A stretch of DNA of 64,000 nucleotides from Octopus vulgaris (taxonomy: Eukaryota), in the NCBI GenBank assembly GCA_951406725.2, contig OX597824.1, positions 24,614,001-24,678,000 on the forward strand, written 5' to 3'. Numbering within the stretch: the first letter of the stretch is position 1; each line of letters begins with the position of its first letter. Shown here in pieces: positions 39,588 through 54,392 of this stretch. The notes under the pieces were generated by a model. That model saw only the letters and a list, made by a program, of their open reading frames with translations, did not search any database and was not told where the DNA came from. The position numbers were made by a program, and so were the translations under genes.

Positions 39588-40094
39588 TAACGATGAACAC
39601 CTGCCACAATAACAAGTTGATGACAAAAGACGAATGATGACATTAAGCACACTTAATATATCTGAACATTTGATTATATTAAAAGAATCATTAACTGATT
39701 CTATTAATTGGATAATTTAAAATTATTTTTAAAGATCTAATTTTCGTACTAATTTTCATATCAATATAATGTGATTTATAACAATATAATAATGAGGGAT
39801 AATGTTTGATAACATTATCACGATTATAATAAGTGGCCTTCACTGTATATTATGTATATAGAAGGAAAGACATTCAATACACACATAGATACACACACAA
39901 ACACGTCTGTGTAAACACACACACACACACACACACAAGTGTGTGCGTGTCTGTGTGTGTGCGTGAGTGCGTGTGTGGCTGTACATATACATAATATACA
40001 TATAAATATACATATGTGCATGTATATGTGTGTGTGTACATAAACATATTTATCTTCTTCCTAGCTCTCCTGTATGACCCTTCTGTCCTGCATT

Positions 40095-40280
40095 CGCCAT
40101 GATAGATCACTAGCCACTGCACATTCTGTATTTTCTCTCCTTGTTTCTTTCTGTGTTCCTTTCTGTGGAAGAGCGTAGGCTCGAAACGTTAAAGTCTTTT
40201 TCACTTCCCGAGCGTTAATTTAATCCATCTGTTTGTTGTTTACACCACCTGTCTTCGTCTATTTTTTTTTGTGAATTCAC

Positions 40281-40285
<5 letters not shown>
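40095..40285 (+). mobile_element. Penelope-like short element with CUGUGGA hammerhead variant
   Basis: CTTT-CTGTGGA-A-GAGCgtagGCTC-GAAA-CG-TT-AAAG at 40159-40194. Confidence 0.7.
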
Positions 40286-40327
<42 letters not shown>

Positions 40328-40328
<1 letters not shown>

Positions 40329-40539
40329 TCTCTTTTACTCTTTTACTTCTTTCAGTCATGTGACTATGGTCATGCTGGAGCACCGCCTTTAGTCGAACAA
40401 ATCGACCCCAGGACTTATTCTTTGTAAGCCTAGTACTTACTCTATCGGTCTCTTTTTGCCGAACCGCAAAGTTACGGGGACGTAAACACACCACCATCGG
40501 TTGTCAAGCGATGTTGGGGGCGACAAACACAGACACAAA

Positions 40540-40633
<94 letters not shown>

Positions 40634-40804
40634 CATATATACGACGGGCTTTTTTCAGTTTCCGTCTACCAAATCCACTCACAAGGCTTTGGTCGGCCCG
40701 AGGCTATAGCAGAAGACACTTGCCCAAGGTGCCACGCAGTGGGACTGAACCCGGAACCGTGTGGTTGGTAGACAAGCTACTTACCACACAGCCACTCCTG
40801 CGCC
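40328..40804 (-). mobile_element. SINE family A, full length
   Basis: Match to family A. Confidence 0.9.
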
Positions 40805-41370
40805 TATATATATATATATTATATCCGACTGTGTACGTATGTCTGTGTGATTGTGTGTGTGAGTGCATGCGAGTGTGCTTTAGAATGTCTATATATGCAA
40901 GCGTGCGGTACAAACGTGTACAGGGAATGATAAAGATCACCGTATCTGAAGGCCGCCACTTCAATCAGTTGTCATTTACTGTGCCAAAGTCCCGTCGAAC
41001 AATTAAATGTCAAATATCAGGATATTTAAATTCATTACCAATCTTACTTAATTTCATTAACAATCTCATCTATTATAATTAACGGCGCGCACACGCGTGG
41101 CCGTGTAAGTGTGCGTGTTTGGGTAAATGCGCCTACGTGCTTGAGAAAAGTCGCCGATGCCTGACTATGAATTTAAATTCATTCTTTTGCTCATTTCTGT
41201 AAAATATAAATCAAGGAGATGGATGTACTGAATGATGTATGCGAAAAACCCCCCCAAAAAACAACAAAAAAAAAACAATCTAAATTAACTTGAATTTCTA
41301 AATTAATTGAAATTTGCTTTTTTGGCGTATATGTATGCTTGTGAGTGTGTGCGTACGTGTGTATGTGTGC

Positions 41371-41422
<52 letters not shown>

Positions 41423-41489
41423 TTAATAGACTCGATGTATCATACAGACACACCAACTCATATACACTCACGCATACGTACACATTCAG

Positions 41490-41532
<43 letters not shown>

Positions 41533-41893
41533 TACACACACACTAACATTCATATAATGCACGCACACACACACACACACATACACACACACACACGTAC
41601 AAACACATGCACATATACACGTTCACTTGCTTACACTCACACACATACACACATACACACCTACACATACATACACACACTCATGCACAATCATACACAC
41701 TCCGACACGCTCACAGGCACACACATACACACTAACAAGCACATACGTACACATTCACTCTTACAAACTCACACACACACACACACACACACATATAGAT
41801 TCACATTCACATACGCACACATACATATTCCATACTCACACACACATACATTCACTCACAGATGTACACTTGCACGCACAAACACACTGTCTG

Positions 41894-41997
<104 letters not shown>

Positions 41998-42356
41998 AAT
42001 CACACACGCACACGCACATGCAAACACATACGCACGCGCGTATTCACAATCAGGTCTGCTACCAATCATCGTTCGGATAACTATTTCATTAATTAATCTT
42101 GTTTGCATTGTTTAACCTTTCAACTACTGTATTTTTTTTACGCAAATAAGAATTTGAGCAGTACTAAATATATATCACGGGTACTTGATGTCTCTCACGC
42201 ACACGCATATGTACGTAGACACTGCATGCACACGCTTAGATAAATACGCATGTGTATGTGTGCACATATGTGCAGGTATGTCGAGTGCATGTGGGTGCAC
42301 AGGTAAAAATCATGTAAACACGCTGAAAAGTTGTAGATGGGCGGGTAGAAAAGCAG

Positions 42357-42415
<59 letters not shown>

Positions 42416-42423
42416 GAGACAGA

Positions 42424-42527
<104 letters not shown>

Positions 42528-42729
42528 CAGACAGATAGATAGATAGATAGATAGATAGATTAGGTCGGTAGATATGTTGGGAGACAGAAAGATAGATGTA
42601 TATATATATATACACATATATATCAGGTGGTGCTATTAAGTTAGACATGGCCTGGACCAATCTTTGGTCGAAACATATCTAAGTTTATCTAAGTTTATAT
42701 ATATAATATATATATATATGTATATATAT

Positions 42730-43100
42730 AGGCGCAGGAGTGGCTGTGTGGGTTCCGGGTTCAGTCCCACTGCGTGGCATCTTGGACAAGTGTCTTCTGC
42801 TATAGCCCCGAGCCGACCAATGCCTTGTGAGTGGATTTGGTAGACGGAAACTGAAAGAAGCCTGTCGTATATATGTACATGTATGTATGTGTGTGTGTTT
42901 GTGTGTCTGTGTTTGTCCCCCTAGCATTGCTTGACAACCGATGCTGGTGTGTTTACGGTTCGGCAAAGGAGACCGATAAAATAAGTACTAGGCTTACAAA
43001 GAATAAGTCCCGGGGTCGAGTTGCTCGATTAAAGTCGCTGCTCCAGCATGGCCGCAGTGCATGGCCGCAGTCACATGACTGAAACAAGCAAAAAAGAGAA
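42730..43100 (+). mobile_element. SINE family A
   Basis: Match with small internal deletions. Confidence 0.88.
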
Positions 43101-43102
43101 AA

Positions 43103-43145
<43 letters not shown>

Positions 43146-43432
43146 GATAGATAGATAGATAGACAGATAGATAGATAGATAGATAGATAGCTTGAAAAGT
43201 AGATGGGACGTAACATCTCATATTTAACTGAAGAAAATACAAATTTGAACAAAATTTCAGGTGCAAAGCATATCTGCAATGAATATGCACGCAAGTGTAT
43301 ACTCATCGAGCCACCACCCCACTCGCACTCGCCGGAACATTTACTTGTATGTATACTCATACACATTCATTTGTATACATATATGTACATACACACAATA
43401 TATCTACAGATAGCAATCTATTCATATCTATA

Positions 43433-43819
43433 TCTTTATATATAAAAGTCAAGTTGTGTGTCTGTCTCCTACGATTTAGATTCCTAACTACTCCCACATT
43501 TTGCGGTGCAGTTTAACCAAAACCGGGTATCTTATAGTCGTGATTCATATCGAGCCCTTCTGGGTATTAGCGCGCGTCTACGATTTAAAAAAATATTTAC
43601 CATCATTTTTTTCCCATTTTAATGCATTTTTTCGCTATTATATAAGGGAAGTAACTCTCTAAAAATGTCTACGATGAGCCAACGATTTAAAAAAAAATTT
43701 ACCATAATGTTTTTTCCATTTTTAATGCATTTTTTTCTATTTTTTGGCTATAACTCTCTAAAAATGCTTATATAGTTATTTCCCTTACAAACCCGAGCAA
43801 CGCCGGGCGATACTGCTAG
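43433..43819 (+). mobile_element. Non-autonomous Helitron, full length
   Basis: A|TC...CCCGAGCAACGCCGGG...CTAG|T. Confidence 0.9.
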
Positions 43820-43847
43820 TAGATATATATATAAATATATATATTGA

Positions 43848-43882
<35 letters not shown>

Positions 43883-43883
43883 G

Positions 43884-44229
43884 GGTAAAAGATCCCACTA
43901 CAGTCATGAACGAGCATAGGATTGCTCCTAGAAAGTTCCCCTCCAAGACACAAGTCCAGGCAAGGTCGTTTATGGAAATCCAGTGGTCGTCCATGCATAC
44001 CAGCCTCAACCTCCTTCACGGCACTGATGTTATCCAAAGGAAAGGCAAAGGGGCCGATACAGCTTGGCACCTGTGACGACGCATCTTATTTCTACAGCTG
44101 AGTGAACTGGAGCAATGTGAAATAGAGTGCCTTGCTCAAGAACACAACACACAGGAATCGTTCCAGGAATCGAATTCATAGCCTTATGATGGTGAGCCTG
44201 ACACTCTAACCACTGAACCATGCGCCTTC
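43884..44229 (-). mobile_element. SINE family D
   Basis: Reverse complement of 8883-9210. Confidence 0.85.
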
Positions 44230-44249
44230 ACACACATATGTGTATGTGT

Positions 44250-44293
<44 letters not shown>

Positions 44294-44352
44294 CATGCAT
44301 ACATACACACACACACACACATATATATACACACATTATATATATATGTAAG

Positions 44353-44386
<34 letters not shown>

Positions 44387-44391
<5 letters not shown>

Positions 44392-44688
44392 ATCACGTGA
44401 CCGACCAGACCATCAGATGTTGTTACACATCGCTGGTCACAATGCGTTCGCATTGTTTTAGCCTTCGAATGACGCCACCCCTCTGGCTAAGCGAGCAGGC
44501 CAACAGAAGAAAGAGTGGGAGAAAGAGTGGTGAAAGAGTACAGCAGGGATCACCACCCCCTGCCGGAGCCTCGTGGAGCTTTTAGGTGTTTTCGCTCAAT
44601 AAACACACACAACGCCTTGTCTGGGAATCGAAACTGCGATCCTGCGACCGCTAGTCCGCTGCCCTAACCACTAGGCCATTGCGCCTCC
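44387..44688 (-). mobile_element. SINE family C, tail type b
   Basis: Reverse complement of 18400-18700. Confidence 0.85.
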
Positions 44689-44914
44689 ACTTAAACATTT
44701 TGCCAGGCGCGTTCAATTTTACCAAGGAGTTCGGTATGTTAAAAGAACCATTATCGGTAAACTTATACAAAAATTATATAATCATGAGCATAATTATAAT
44801 TAGGGTTCATCAAAATTTGCCTCACCACATACCGAAATTTAGAAATAGCAGTCAAAATATTATTCTACTACCATAAGATATCTCCCAGATAGCAATACTC
44901 TACAACTCACGCAC

Positions 44915-45019
<105 letters not shown>

Positions 45020-45067
45020 CATGTGTGTGTATGTATATATGTGTATAAATACATGTATATGTATATA

Positions 45068-45109
<42 letters not shown>

Positions 45110-45190
45110 TATATTTATATATGTGTGTGTTTATGTATATAAAGGAAACTTCTGCATACATAATACATACATACATACATATATACATGC

Positions 45191-45240
<50 letters not shown>

Positions 45241-45279
45241 GGATACATACATACATACATACATACATACATACATACA

Positions 45280-45310
<31 letters not shown>

Positions 45311-45812
45311 GTATCCATAATTATGCAGCTATTTAAGATATTTCAGATAGCTGAACCTTGAAACAAGTTCACGCTGTCCTCTTGTCAGGAATTGTAAGAA
45401 TGTTAACCAAAATCCAAGTGGCAGGGTACAGAGGACGTGGTAAAACGACTGAACTTATTAAAGGTCAGAGGTTTCTATTATTTACATAGGAATTTCAAGA
45501 GCAAAATCGGCCAACGCAACTAGAGTCGGACTGTAGGAGAGGATATTTTTACTGTATCACTTTTGAAACAGTGATAGCTAGGTGCAGGAATGTCTGTCTG
45601 CCTAAGAGGTTTTGGTTCGTCGCTACGTTAACAGCATGATTCGGGGTTCGTTTCTTCCCTTCCTCCACTGTTTTTTTTTTTTTTTCTTTTTCTGGTTTAG
45701 CCGTGGGATTCGCGAGTTGGCCTTGGGCAATACTATAGTGGTAATGCTTAATGAGTGAGTTTGGTAGATTTGAACTATACGCATACCCAGCGAATATGTG
45801 TGTGTGTGTCAG

Positions 45813-45847
<35 letters not shown>

Positions 45848-45919
45848 CAGTGTGTGTCAGTGTGTGTTTGTCTCTGTGTGTCCGTGTGTGTGTATGTCTG
45901 TGTGGGCAATATATACGTC

Positions 45920-46473
45920 TATAACAAGATTGTTTTCCCACCATGAGGTCCTGGTTTCAGTTCTACTGCGTGGCACGTTGGACAAATATCTTCTACTATA
46001 GCCTCGACCCGGCCAAAGCCTTGTGAGTGGATTTCGCAGAGGGAAACTGTAAGAAGCTCGTCGTGTGTGTGTATGTGTGTGTGTCTGTGTTTGTCCCCCA
46101 GGACCGCTTGGCAACCGGTGTAGGTATGTCAATGTCCCGGTAACGTAGCGGTTCGGTGAAAGTGAGCGATAGAATAAGTACCAGGCTTAAAAGAATAGTA
46201 GTACTGGGGTCGATTTATTCGACTAGAAATTATTCAGGGCAGTGCTCCAGCATGACCGCGAAAGATAGATGATGAAAGACATGGCATGGGTGTATGGTTA
46301 AGAAGCTCGTTTAGTAACCACGTGGTTTCGGGTTCAATCCTACTGTATGGAACCTTGGGCCGGACTTATCTGCTGTAGTCCTGGGCCGACTAATCTCTTC
46401 TGAGTTAATCTGGTTGACGGAAACTGTGTGGAAGCCAGTCGTTTATGTGTGTGTGTGTGTGTATATGTGCGTG

Positions 46474-46524
<51 letters not shown>

Positions 46525-46745
46525 ACGTGTGCGTGTGTGAGTGTCTTTGTATTTGTCTGCCTTACCGCTTGACATTCCAGTGTTGGTGTGTTTACGTCCC
46601 CGTGACTTGGCGATCTGGCAAAAGAAACCAGGCTTTAAAAAATACCAGATTTAAAAAAATGTCCAAGGATCAATTTCTTTTGGCTAAAACCTTCCACCGT
46701 GATGCCACAGCATGGCCGTAGTCCAATGACTATAACAGACAGTAG
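45920..46745 (+). mobile_element. Two tandem old SINE family A copies
   Basis: Diverged, colinear matches at 45920-46270 and 46280-46745. Confidence 0.75.
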
Positions 46746-47768
46746 ATTGAAGTTCAAGATATATGTGTCTCAAGCATTGATTATGTTCAACTAAAGCCTT
46801 ACCTTCTGTTCCTGGTTTTAGTCTAGACCTCTCGTACTATTGATTGCTTTGATGTTGGCTCACTTCCGCCTTATCCAATTTTACCGGAGACAGACTATAG
46901 CAGTTTCCTCTCAACATTTTCCTTTCATATTTTGAGACTTCTATTTTGATTTTATCATTTTCATTTAGGATTTAGTCTTTTCAAACATTTCTGATGTCTT
47001 ATTCTTATTAGTAGTGTTGTTTGAGTTCTTCTTAGTAGTTTAGTTTCTATTTTATTATTATTTTATACTTATGTATATCTACCCCCTGTCTGTATTGAAA
47101 CAACGCCATCATTTCTAAATAAATGCTTTCCGAAATTTCCATAAAAATCCAAGATCTTCTCGGAATAATGCATAAAAAAAAATGTCCCGCATTCATTGTT
47201 TCCTTGGAGTAAAACCGGTAAGAATCAAAAAGGGAGATGGTGAAATGCAGATAGTTATAATGGAGTGGTATAGACTCTCCTATACTCTTCCTTCTCTCGC
47301 TAACTATTATGCTCTCTCTCATACCCCTTTCTCTCTCTCTTTTCGTTCTTTCTTTCTTCCTCATAAACACACACACACATACACACATTCACAGTTCACA
47401 TACGTGCTTATTAGTATGTGCTAGGGTATTTTCTATGCGATCTGAAATCACAAAACGCATGGAAGTACACAATAAAGGCGCAGTACAGAAGGAGCGCATG
47501 ATTGCAATACATGAGTATGAGAGCTGCATCTGCAACAAGAGTGCATGTCACTTTGCTCGCTTGAAATGCCATTCTGCGTCCTACGGTTACAGAAGAAGAC
47601 AGGGCAAAAAAAAAAAAACAAAAAAAAAAACCCAAATAAGATAACTTGTCAGCGATGGCCATACACGTCTAAAGAATCGACAGCTACCATGTACGGAACG
47701 GATATTTGTGTGTTGTCATGTGTGATGCTGTGTGTTCGTGTGTGTTCGCGAGCGTGTTGTGTGTATTG

Positions 47769-47789
47769 GTATGTATGTATGTATGTATG

Positions 47790-47820
<31 letters not shown>

Positions 47821-47850
47821 TGTATGTATGTATGTATGTATGTATGTATG

Positions 47851-47881
<31 letters not shown>

Positions 47882-47883
47882 TG

Positions 47884-47914
<31 letters not shown>

Positions 47915-48014
47915 TGTATGTATGTATGTATGTATGTATGTAATGTATGTATGTATGTATGTATTATGTATGTAATGTATGTATGTATGTATGTATGTAT
48001 GTAATGTATGTATG

Positions 48015-48045
<31 letters not shown>

Positions 48046-48183
48046 TGTATGTATGTATGTATGTATGTAATGTATGTATGTATGTATGTATGTATGTAAT
48101 GTATGTATGCATGCATGTATGTATGTATGTATGTATGTATGTAATGTATGTATGTAATGTATGTATGTATGCATGTATGCATG

Positions 48184-48214
<31 letters not shown>

Positions 48215-48240
48215 TGCATGTATGTATGTATATATGTATG

Positions 48241-48275
<35 letters not shown>

Positions 48276-48555
48276 TGTATGTATGTAATGTATGTATGTA
48301 TGTATGTATGTATGTAATGTATGCATGCATGTATGTATGTATGTATGTATGTATGTAATGTATGTATGTATGTAATGTATGTATGTATGTATGTATGTAT
48401 GTATGCATGTATGTATGTATGTATGTAATGTATGTATGTATGTATGTATGTATGTAATGTATGTATGTATGTATGAATGTATGTAATGTATGTATGTAAT
48501 GTATGTATGTATGTATGTATGTAATGTATGTATGTATGTATGTATGTATGTATGT
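47769..48555. repeat. ~790-bp (TATG)n array with recurrent TAATG interruptions
   Basis: Directly visible. Confidence 0.95.
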
Positions 48556-48621
48556 CTCTATATATCTATCTATTTATCTCTTTCACTTTCTCTCTCTCTG
48601 TCTCTCTCTCTCTCTCTCTTT

Positions 48622-48661
<40 letters not shown>

Positions 48662-48932
48662 CCTTGATGACATTCATACTCATAAATATGACATTTTTAT
48701 AGATATTTATATGTGTTACCATGTGTTGTGTTGTATGTGTGTGTGTGTTTTGTGTATTGGTATGTATGTATGTATGTATGTATGTATGTACGTATGTATC
48801 TGTTTGTCTATCTTTCTATCTCTCTCTCTCTCTTTTTCTCTTTCGATATATATATATATATATATACATACATATCTAAATATATCTAATATACATATTT
48901 AATATATAATACCTGTACATCATCTCCAAACC

Positions 48933-48982
<50 letters not shown>

Positions 48983-49205
48983 TATATATATATATTCCGT
49001 GATGAGATTCATACCTATAGATATGAATTTTTTATAAATTCATTATTGGGTAAGAATCGAAACAATTTGTTGGATTAATATTTGTAATTTTATTCGTTTT
49101 ATACTATTATTGTGTTAATAGATTATATCAATATTTAAAATATGTCAATCGTAGATCTCCATTTTCTTTGAATTTTTGCACACACACGCACACATATACA
49201 TAGGC

Positions 49206-49260
<55 letters not shown>

Positions 49261-49287
49261 TATATGTATATGTATGTATGTATATGA

Positions 49288-49402
<115 letters not shown>

Positions 49403-49919
49403 TGCACACACACACATACACACATATGCTAGACAAGTTTCATAAGCCACAAAATATGAATATCCACACCTGAAACGTACCTGTCGTAACGGTTTATCTC
49501 GATTTGAATATACGTGAAGGTATTTAGAATGCCCAAATTTATTTCTGCAAATATGCTAATAACTGATGCTGATCATAGTTTAATCAACAAGCTTAGGAAT
49601 GAGGTAAATGCAGTAAAAAATAATGGGGTTTAGTGGGGCCACATTTAAGAGGCCCTTCAGAGATTTGAACTTCCTTACGATGCTCCTTCGTATGAAATCA
49701 TTATCATTGCTCCGATGCTGCAGTATATGAAGTATAAATAGGGGTGTCAGTGGGGCCCCCAATTACAGGCCTTTAAGAATATGGACCCCCTTAGGACATT
49801 CCCTTAGGTTAGGGGAGTTGCTGGTCTGTGTCTCGTTGTCCTTGCACTAACGGTGTGGGACAGGAGTAAACGAACATAATAGCGTAACGGACAAAGAAAT
49901 ATCGCTCAAATTTATGATA

Positions 49920-49996
<77 letters not shown>

Positions 49997-50011
49997 TACA
50001 TACATACATAT

Positions 50012-50375
50012 GGAGGCGCAATGGCCCAGTGGTTAGGGCAGCGGACTCGCGGTCATACGATCGCGGTTTCGATTCCCAGACCGGGCGTTGTGAGTGTTTA
50101 TTTAGCGAAAACGCCTAAAGCTCCACGAGGCTCCGGTAGGGGATGGTGGTGATCGCTGCTGTACTCTTTCACCACAACTTTCTCTCACTCTTACTTCCTG
50201 TTTCTGTTGTACCTGTATTTCAAAGGGCCGGCCTTGTCACGCTGTGTCACGCTGAATATCCCCGAGAACTACGTTAAGGGTACACTTTCTGTGGAGTGCT
50301 CAGCCACTTACACGTTAATTTCACGAGCAGGCTGTTCCGTTGAACCCTCGTCGTCGTAACCGACGGAGTGCTTCC

Positions 50376-50376
<1 letters not shown>
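50012..50376 (+). mobile_element. SINE family C, tail type a, full length
   Basis: tRNA head with A and B boxes; inserted in an (AT)n-rich tract. Confidence 0.88.
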
Positions 50377-50442
<66 letters not shown>

Positions 50443-50723
50443 TGTGTGTATATAATATATATTTAGTCATCGAACAACGGTCATGCTGAAGTACCGCTTT
50501 GAAAGGGTTAGCAAATAAATTAACCTCAGTTGTTGTTGTTGTTTTTTTTTTAATTTGGTACATATCCTATTCGTCCCTTTTGACGAACCGCTAGTTGATG
50601 GGGACGTAAACAAATCAAAAGAAGTTGTTAAGCGGCGGTGTGCGACAAATACAAAGAAAAAATACATACACTCTCACACGCACGCACGAATGCACGCACG
50701 CACGCACACACACATACACACAC

Positions 50724-50762
<39 letters not shown>

Positions 50763-50764
50763 AC

Positions 50765-51503
50765 ACTCAAATTGAACTCTACTGTGCATGCGCACTGAGT
50801 CTTAACGTTCTAGTTTACTTCTGCTGTTTACAGCAGTGCTTGAAAGGAAGGTGTGTAGCGTGTGATGGTCACATTGACCATGACAGAGAAAGTTATCATG
50901 GCGATATCTGCTCAGAGGCCTACGCAAAGTTGCAGAAAGCCTATAGAGAGGAGTTTATGAGCCGCAAACAAGTGTACGAGTGGTTCAGACGTTTCCAACC
51001 ATCTGAACTGGACGAAAAACATCGCAGATGTGCGTGCAGCTTTGTGGAGAAATCGCCGAATCGCCGTCTGTGAGTTATCAGAGAATGTGCAGATTAGTTA
51101 CGGTTCAGTTCAGTCCATTATCACTGAAGATCTGGTCATGAAGGCTTCTCTGCCAAGTTTGCGCCAAAACTCAGGTGTTAGTTGTAAAAGATCATCTCCT
51201 TGTTTGTATCGAGAACGATGAAAAGTTTTTGAAAAGTTTGCATAGGCCTCTGAGCAGGTTTCACCAAATTTTCGCAAAATTTTATGCAGATTCTCTGCTC
51301 GGCTTTCTTCGTCATGGTCAATGCGACGATCACACGCTACACACCTTCCTTCCAAGCGTTGCTGTAAACAGCGGAGGTGAGCAAGGATGTCAAAACTTAG
51401 GGCACATGTATAGCATACGGTCAATCTGTGCTAAGCGACTTCAGTCTGCGTGCTTTTGCTTCGATACTATGGCAACAGTCCTGATACTTATTGATCAGAC
51501 AAT
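50765..51503 (+). mobile_element. Mariner transposase 5' remnant followed by an inverted copy of the 5' end with TIR
   Basis: GDICSEAYAKLQKAYREEFMSRKQVYEWFRRF and NRRIAVCELSENVQISYGSVQSIITEDL (mariner HTH); 51235-51503 is an inverted 5' end carrying CTGATCAATAAGTATC. Confidence 0.85.
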
Positions 51504-51606
51504 ACACACACACACACACATATATATGGCAGAGTTTCACACGGTTTTCGTGAACCAAATTTCAATTTAACTCAAAAATTGTTGGGATTGTATAGTACCG
51601 AATCAA

Positions 51607-51963
51607 ACGATTTAAATTCCTAACTACTCCCACATTTTGCGGTGCAGTGTAACCAAAAGCAGGTATCTTATAGTCGTGATTCATATCGAGCCCTTCTGGG
51701 TATTAGCGCGCGTCTACGATGAGTCTACGATTAAAAAAAAATTTACCATCATTTTTTCCCATTTTTAATGCATTTTTTTGCTATTATATAAGGGAAGTAA
51801 CTCTCTAAAAATGTATTATTAAATCTCAGAACGTAAATAGCTACAGTAACACCCTCCCCTTTGTGATTAGCCATATTGAGATGGCTATTATACTTTACAT
51901 CTCTAAAAATGCTTATATAGTTATTTCCCTTACAAACCCGAGCAACGCCGGGCGATACTGCTA

Positions 51964-51964
<1 letters not shown>
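51607..51964 (+). mobile_element. Non-autonomous Helitron, 5' truncated, variant interior
   Basis: Same 3' hairpin and CTAG; foreign segment at ~51815-51900. Confidence 0.85.
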
Positions 51965-52002
<38 letters not shown>

Positions 52003-52283
52003 ATCCAAAAAGGAGTGGACAGCGTGCTGTGACCAGCGGTGTCAAATGGACGCCCGACGGACTGGTCGCTCAATGTGATATATACATACATGTGTGTGTA
52101 TGTGTATACGACGAGCTTCTTTCAATTTGCATCTACCAAATCCACTCACAAGGCTTTGGTCGACTTGAGGCTATAGTAGAAGATGTCACGCAGTGGGACT
52201 GAACCCAGAACCATGTAGTTGTGAAGCAAGCTTCTTACCACACAGCCACCCCTGCTCCTATATATATATATATATATATATAT

Positions 52284-52503
52284 ATTTCTTTACTACCCAC
52301 AAGGGGCTAAACACAGAGGGGATAAACAAGGACAGACAAACGGATTAAGTCGATTACATCGACCTCAGTGCGTAACTGGTACTTAATTTATAGACCCCGA
52401 AAGGATGAAAGGCAAAGTCGACCTCGGCGGAATTTGAACTCAGAACGTAACGGCAGACGAAATACGGCTACGCATTTCGCCCGGCGTGCTAACGTTTCTG
52501 CCA
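52284..52503 (-). mobile_element. SINE family B monomer
   Basis: Match to family B. Confidence 0.88.
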
Positions 52504-52535
<32 letters not shown>

Positions 52536-52833
52536 ATGTATTTATGTATGTATGTATGTGTATGTATGTATATATGTATGTATGTATGTATGAATGTATA
52601 CACGCATGTATGTATGTATGTATATCCTTACTTTTACGCCTTCATATTGAACTTTGCAGAACATGTGGAGAGGTGTATGCTTACATGTGTCCGGAGTGGC
52701 TTTCTGTTTGTGTATTTGCGTTAGTGTGTGTGTGTATGTGTGCATGTATGAGTGTGAGTATGTGAGTGTGTGTGTGTGTGTGTCTGTGTGTGTGCGCATG
52801 TGAGCGTGCACACGTGCGTATCCGTCTGTGTAC

Positions 52834-52882
<49 letters not shown>

Positions 52883-52964
52883 TATGTGTATATGTGTGTG
52901 TGTGTGAGAATGTTTGAACATCTGGCACCGCGTACTAAATGTGTAGTGAATACAGCCCACACAC

Positions 52965-53033
<69 letters not shown>

Positions 53034-53034
53034 G

Positions 53035-53086
<52 letters not shown>

Positions 53087-53126
53087 AATAATAATAATAA
53101 TAACAACAACGACGACGACGACGATT

Positions 53127-53178
<52 letters not shown>

Positions 53179-53259
53179 CTTTATTTAACACAAGAGTTTA
53201 CATTAAGAAAAACATTATGGGCGGTAAAGTATAAAACAAAGAAGGTGTGTGTGTGTGTG

Positions 53260-53332
<73 letters not shown>

Positions 53333-53614
53333 TAATAATAATAATAAATAATAATAATTAACAATCTAACAGATACAAATGATGGAAAATGTTGGAAAAT
53401 AGAGCAAATGTTATTTTTATTTCCGAGTAAGAAAGAATTTTAAGGCCGTTCCCTCCCACTCACTTTCTTTCTCCTTCTCTGTCTCTCCCGCGCTCTCCCG
53501 ATCTTCTCACACTGGGTCTCTTGCACTGGACCAGTTCACGTTGAATGTTGTTCACGCTGACTGTTCTCTCCAACACATACTCATTTGCAAACACAGACAT
53601 ATATATATATATAA

Positions 53615-53659
<45 letters not shown>

Positions 53660-53818
53660 ACGTGCTGCACACACACACACACACTCACACATACGCACAC
53701 ACACAAACACACACACACACGCTAAGCTACTGGGTCGTAAAGACACAGACACCTGTTGTCAAGCAGTGGTGACATACAGATGGACACACACACACGCGCA
53801 CATGCATACACACATACA

Positions 53819-53852
<34 letters not shown>

Positions 53853-53854
53853 CT

Positions 53855-54050
53855 CTTTTATACTTTTACTTGTTTCAGTCATTTGACTATGGCCATGCTG
53901 GAGCACCGCCTTTAGTCGAGAAAATCGACCCCAGGACTTATTCTTTGTTCTATCGGGCTCTTATGCCGAACCGCTAGTTACGGGGACGTAAACACCCCAG
54001 CATCAGTTGTCAAGCGATGTTGGGGGGACAAACACAGGCACACACACACA

Positions 54051-54099
<49 letters not shown>

Positions 54100-54269
54100 T
54101 TACATATATACGATGGGCTTCTTTCAGTCTCCGTCTACCAAATCCGCTCACAAGCTTTGGTCGGCCGAGGCTATAGTAGAAGACACTTGCCCAAGGTACC
54201 ATGCAGTGGGACTGAACCCGGAACCATGTGGTTGTTAAGCAGGCTACTTACCACATAGCCACTCCTAGG

Positions 54270-54272
<3 letters not shown>
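53855..54272 (-). mobile_element. SINE family A, full length
   Basis: Match to family A. Confidence 0.88.
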
Positions 54273-54339
<67 letters not shown>

Positions 54340-54342
54340 ATC

Positions 54343-54392
<50 letters not shown>

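Noticed and set aside
45330-45395. Minus-strand CTGACAAG...hairpin...GAAAT motif
   Set aside because: Stem II is plausible, but the core G8 and stems I and III are poor; left out of the count.
47420-47600. Possible Cys-rich host exon (YESCICNKSACHF)
   Set aside because: No recognisable domain or convincing splice-site pair.
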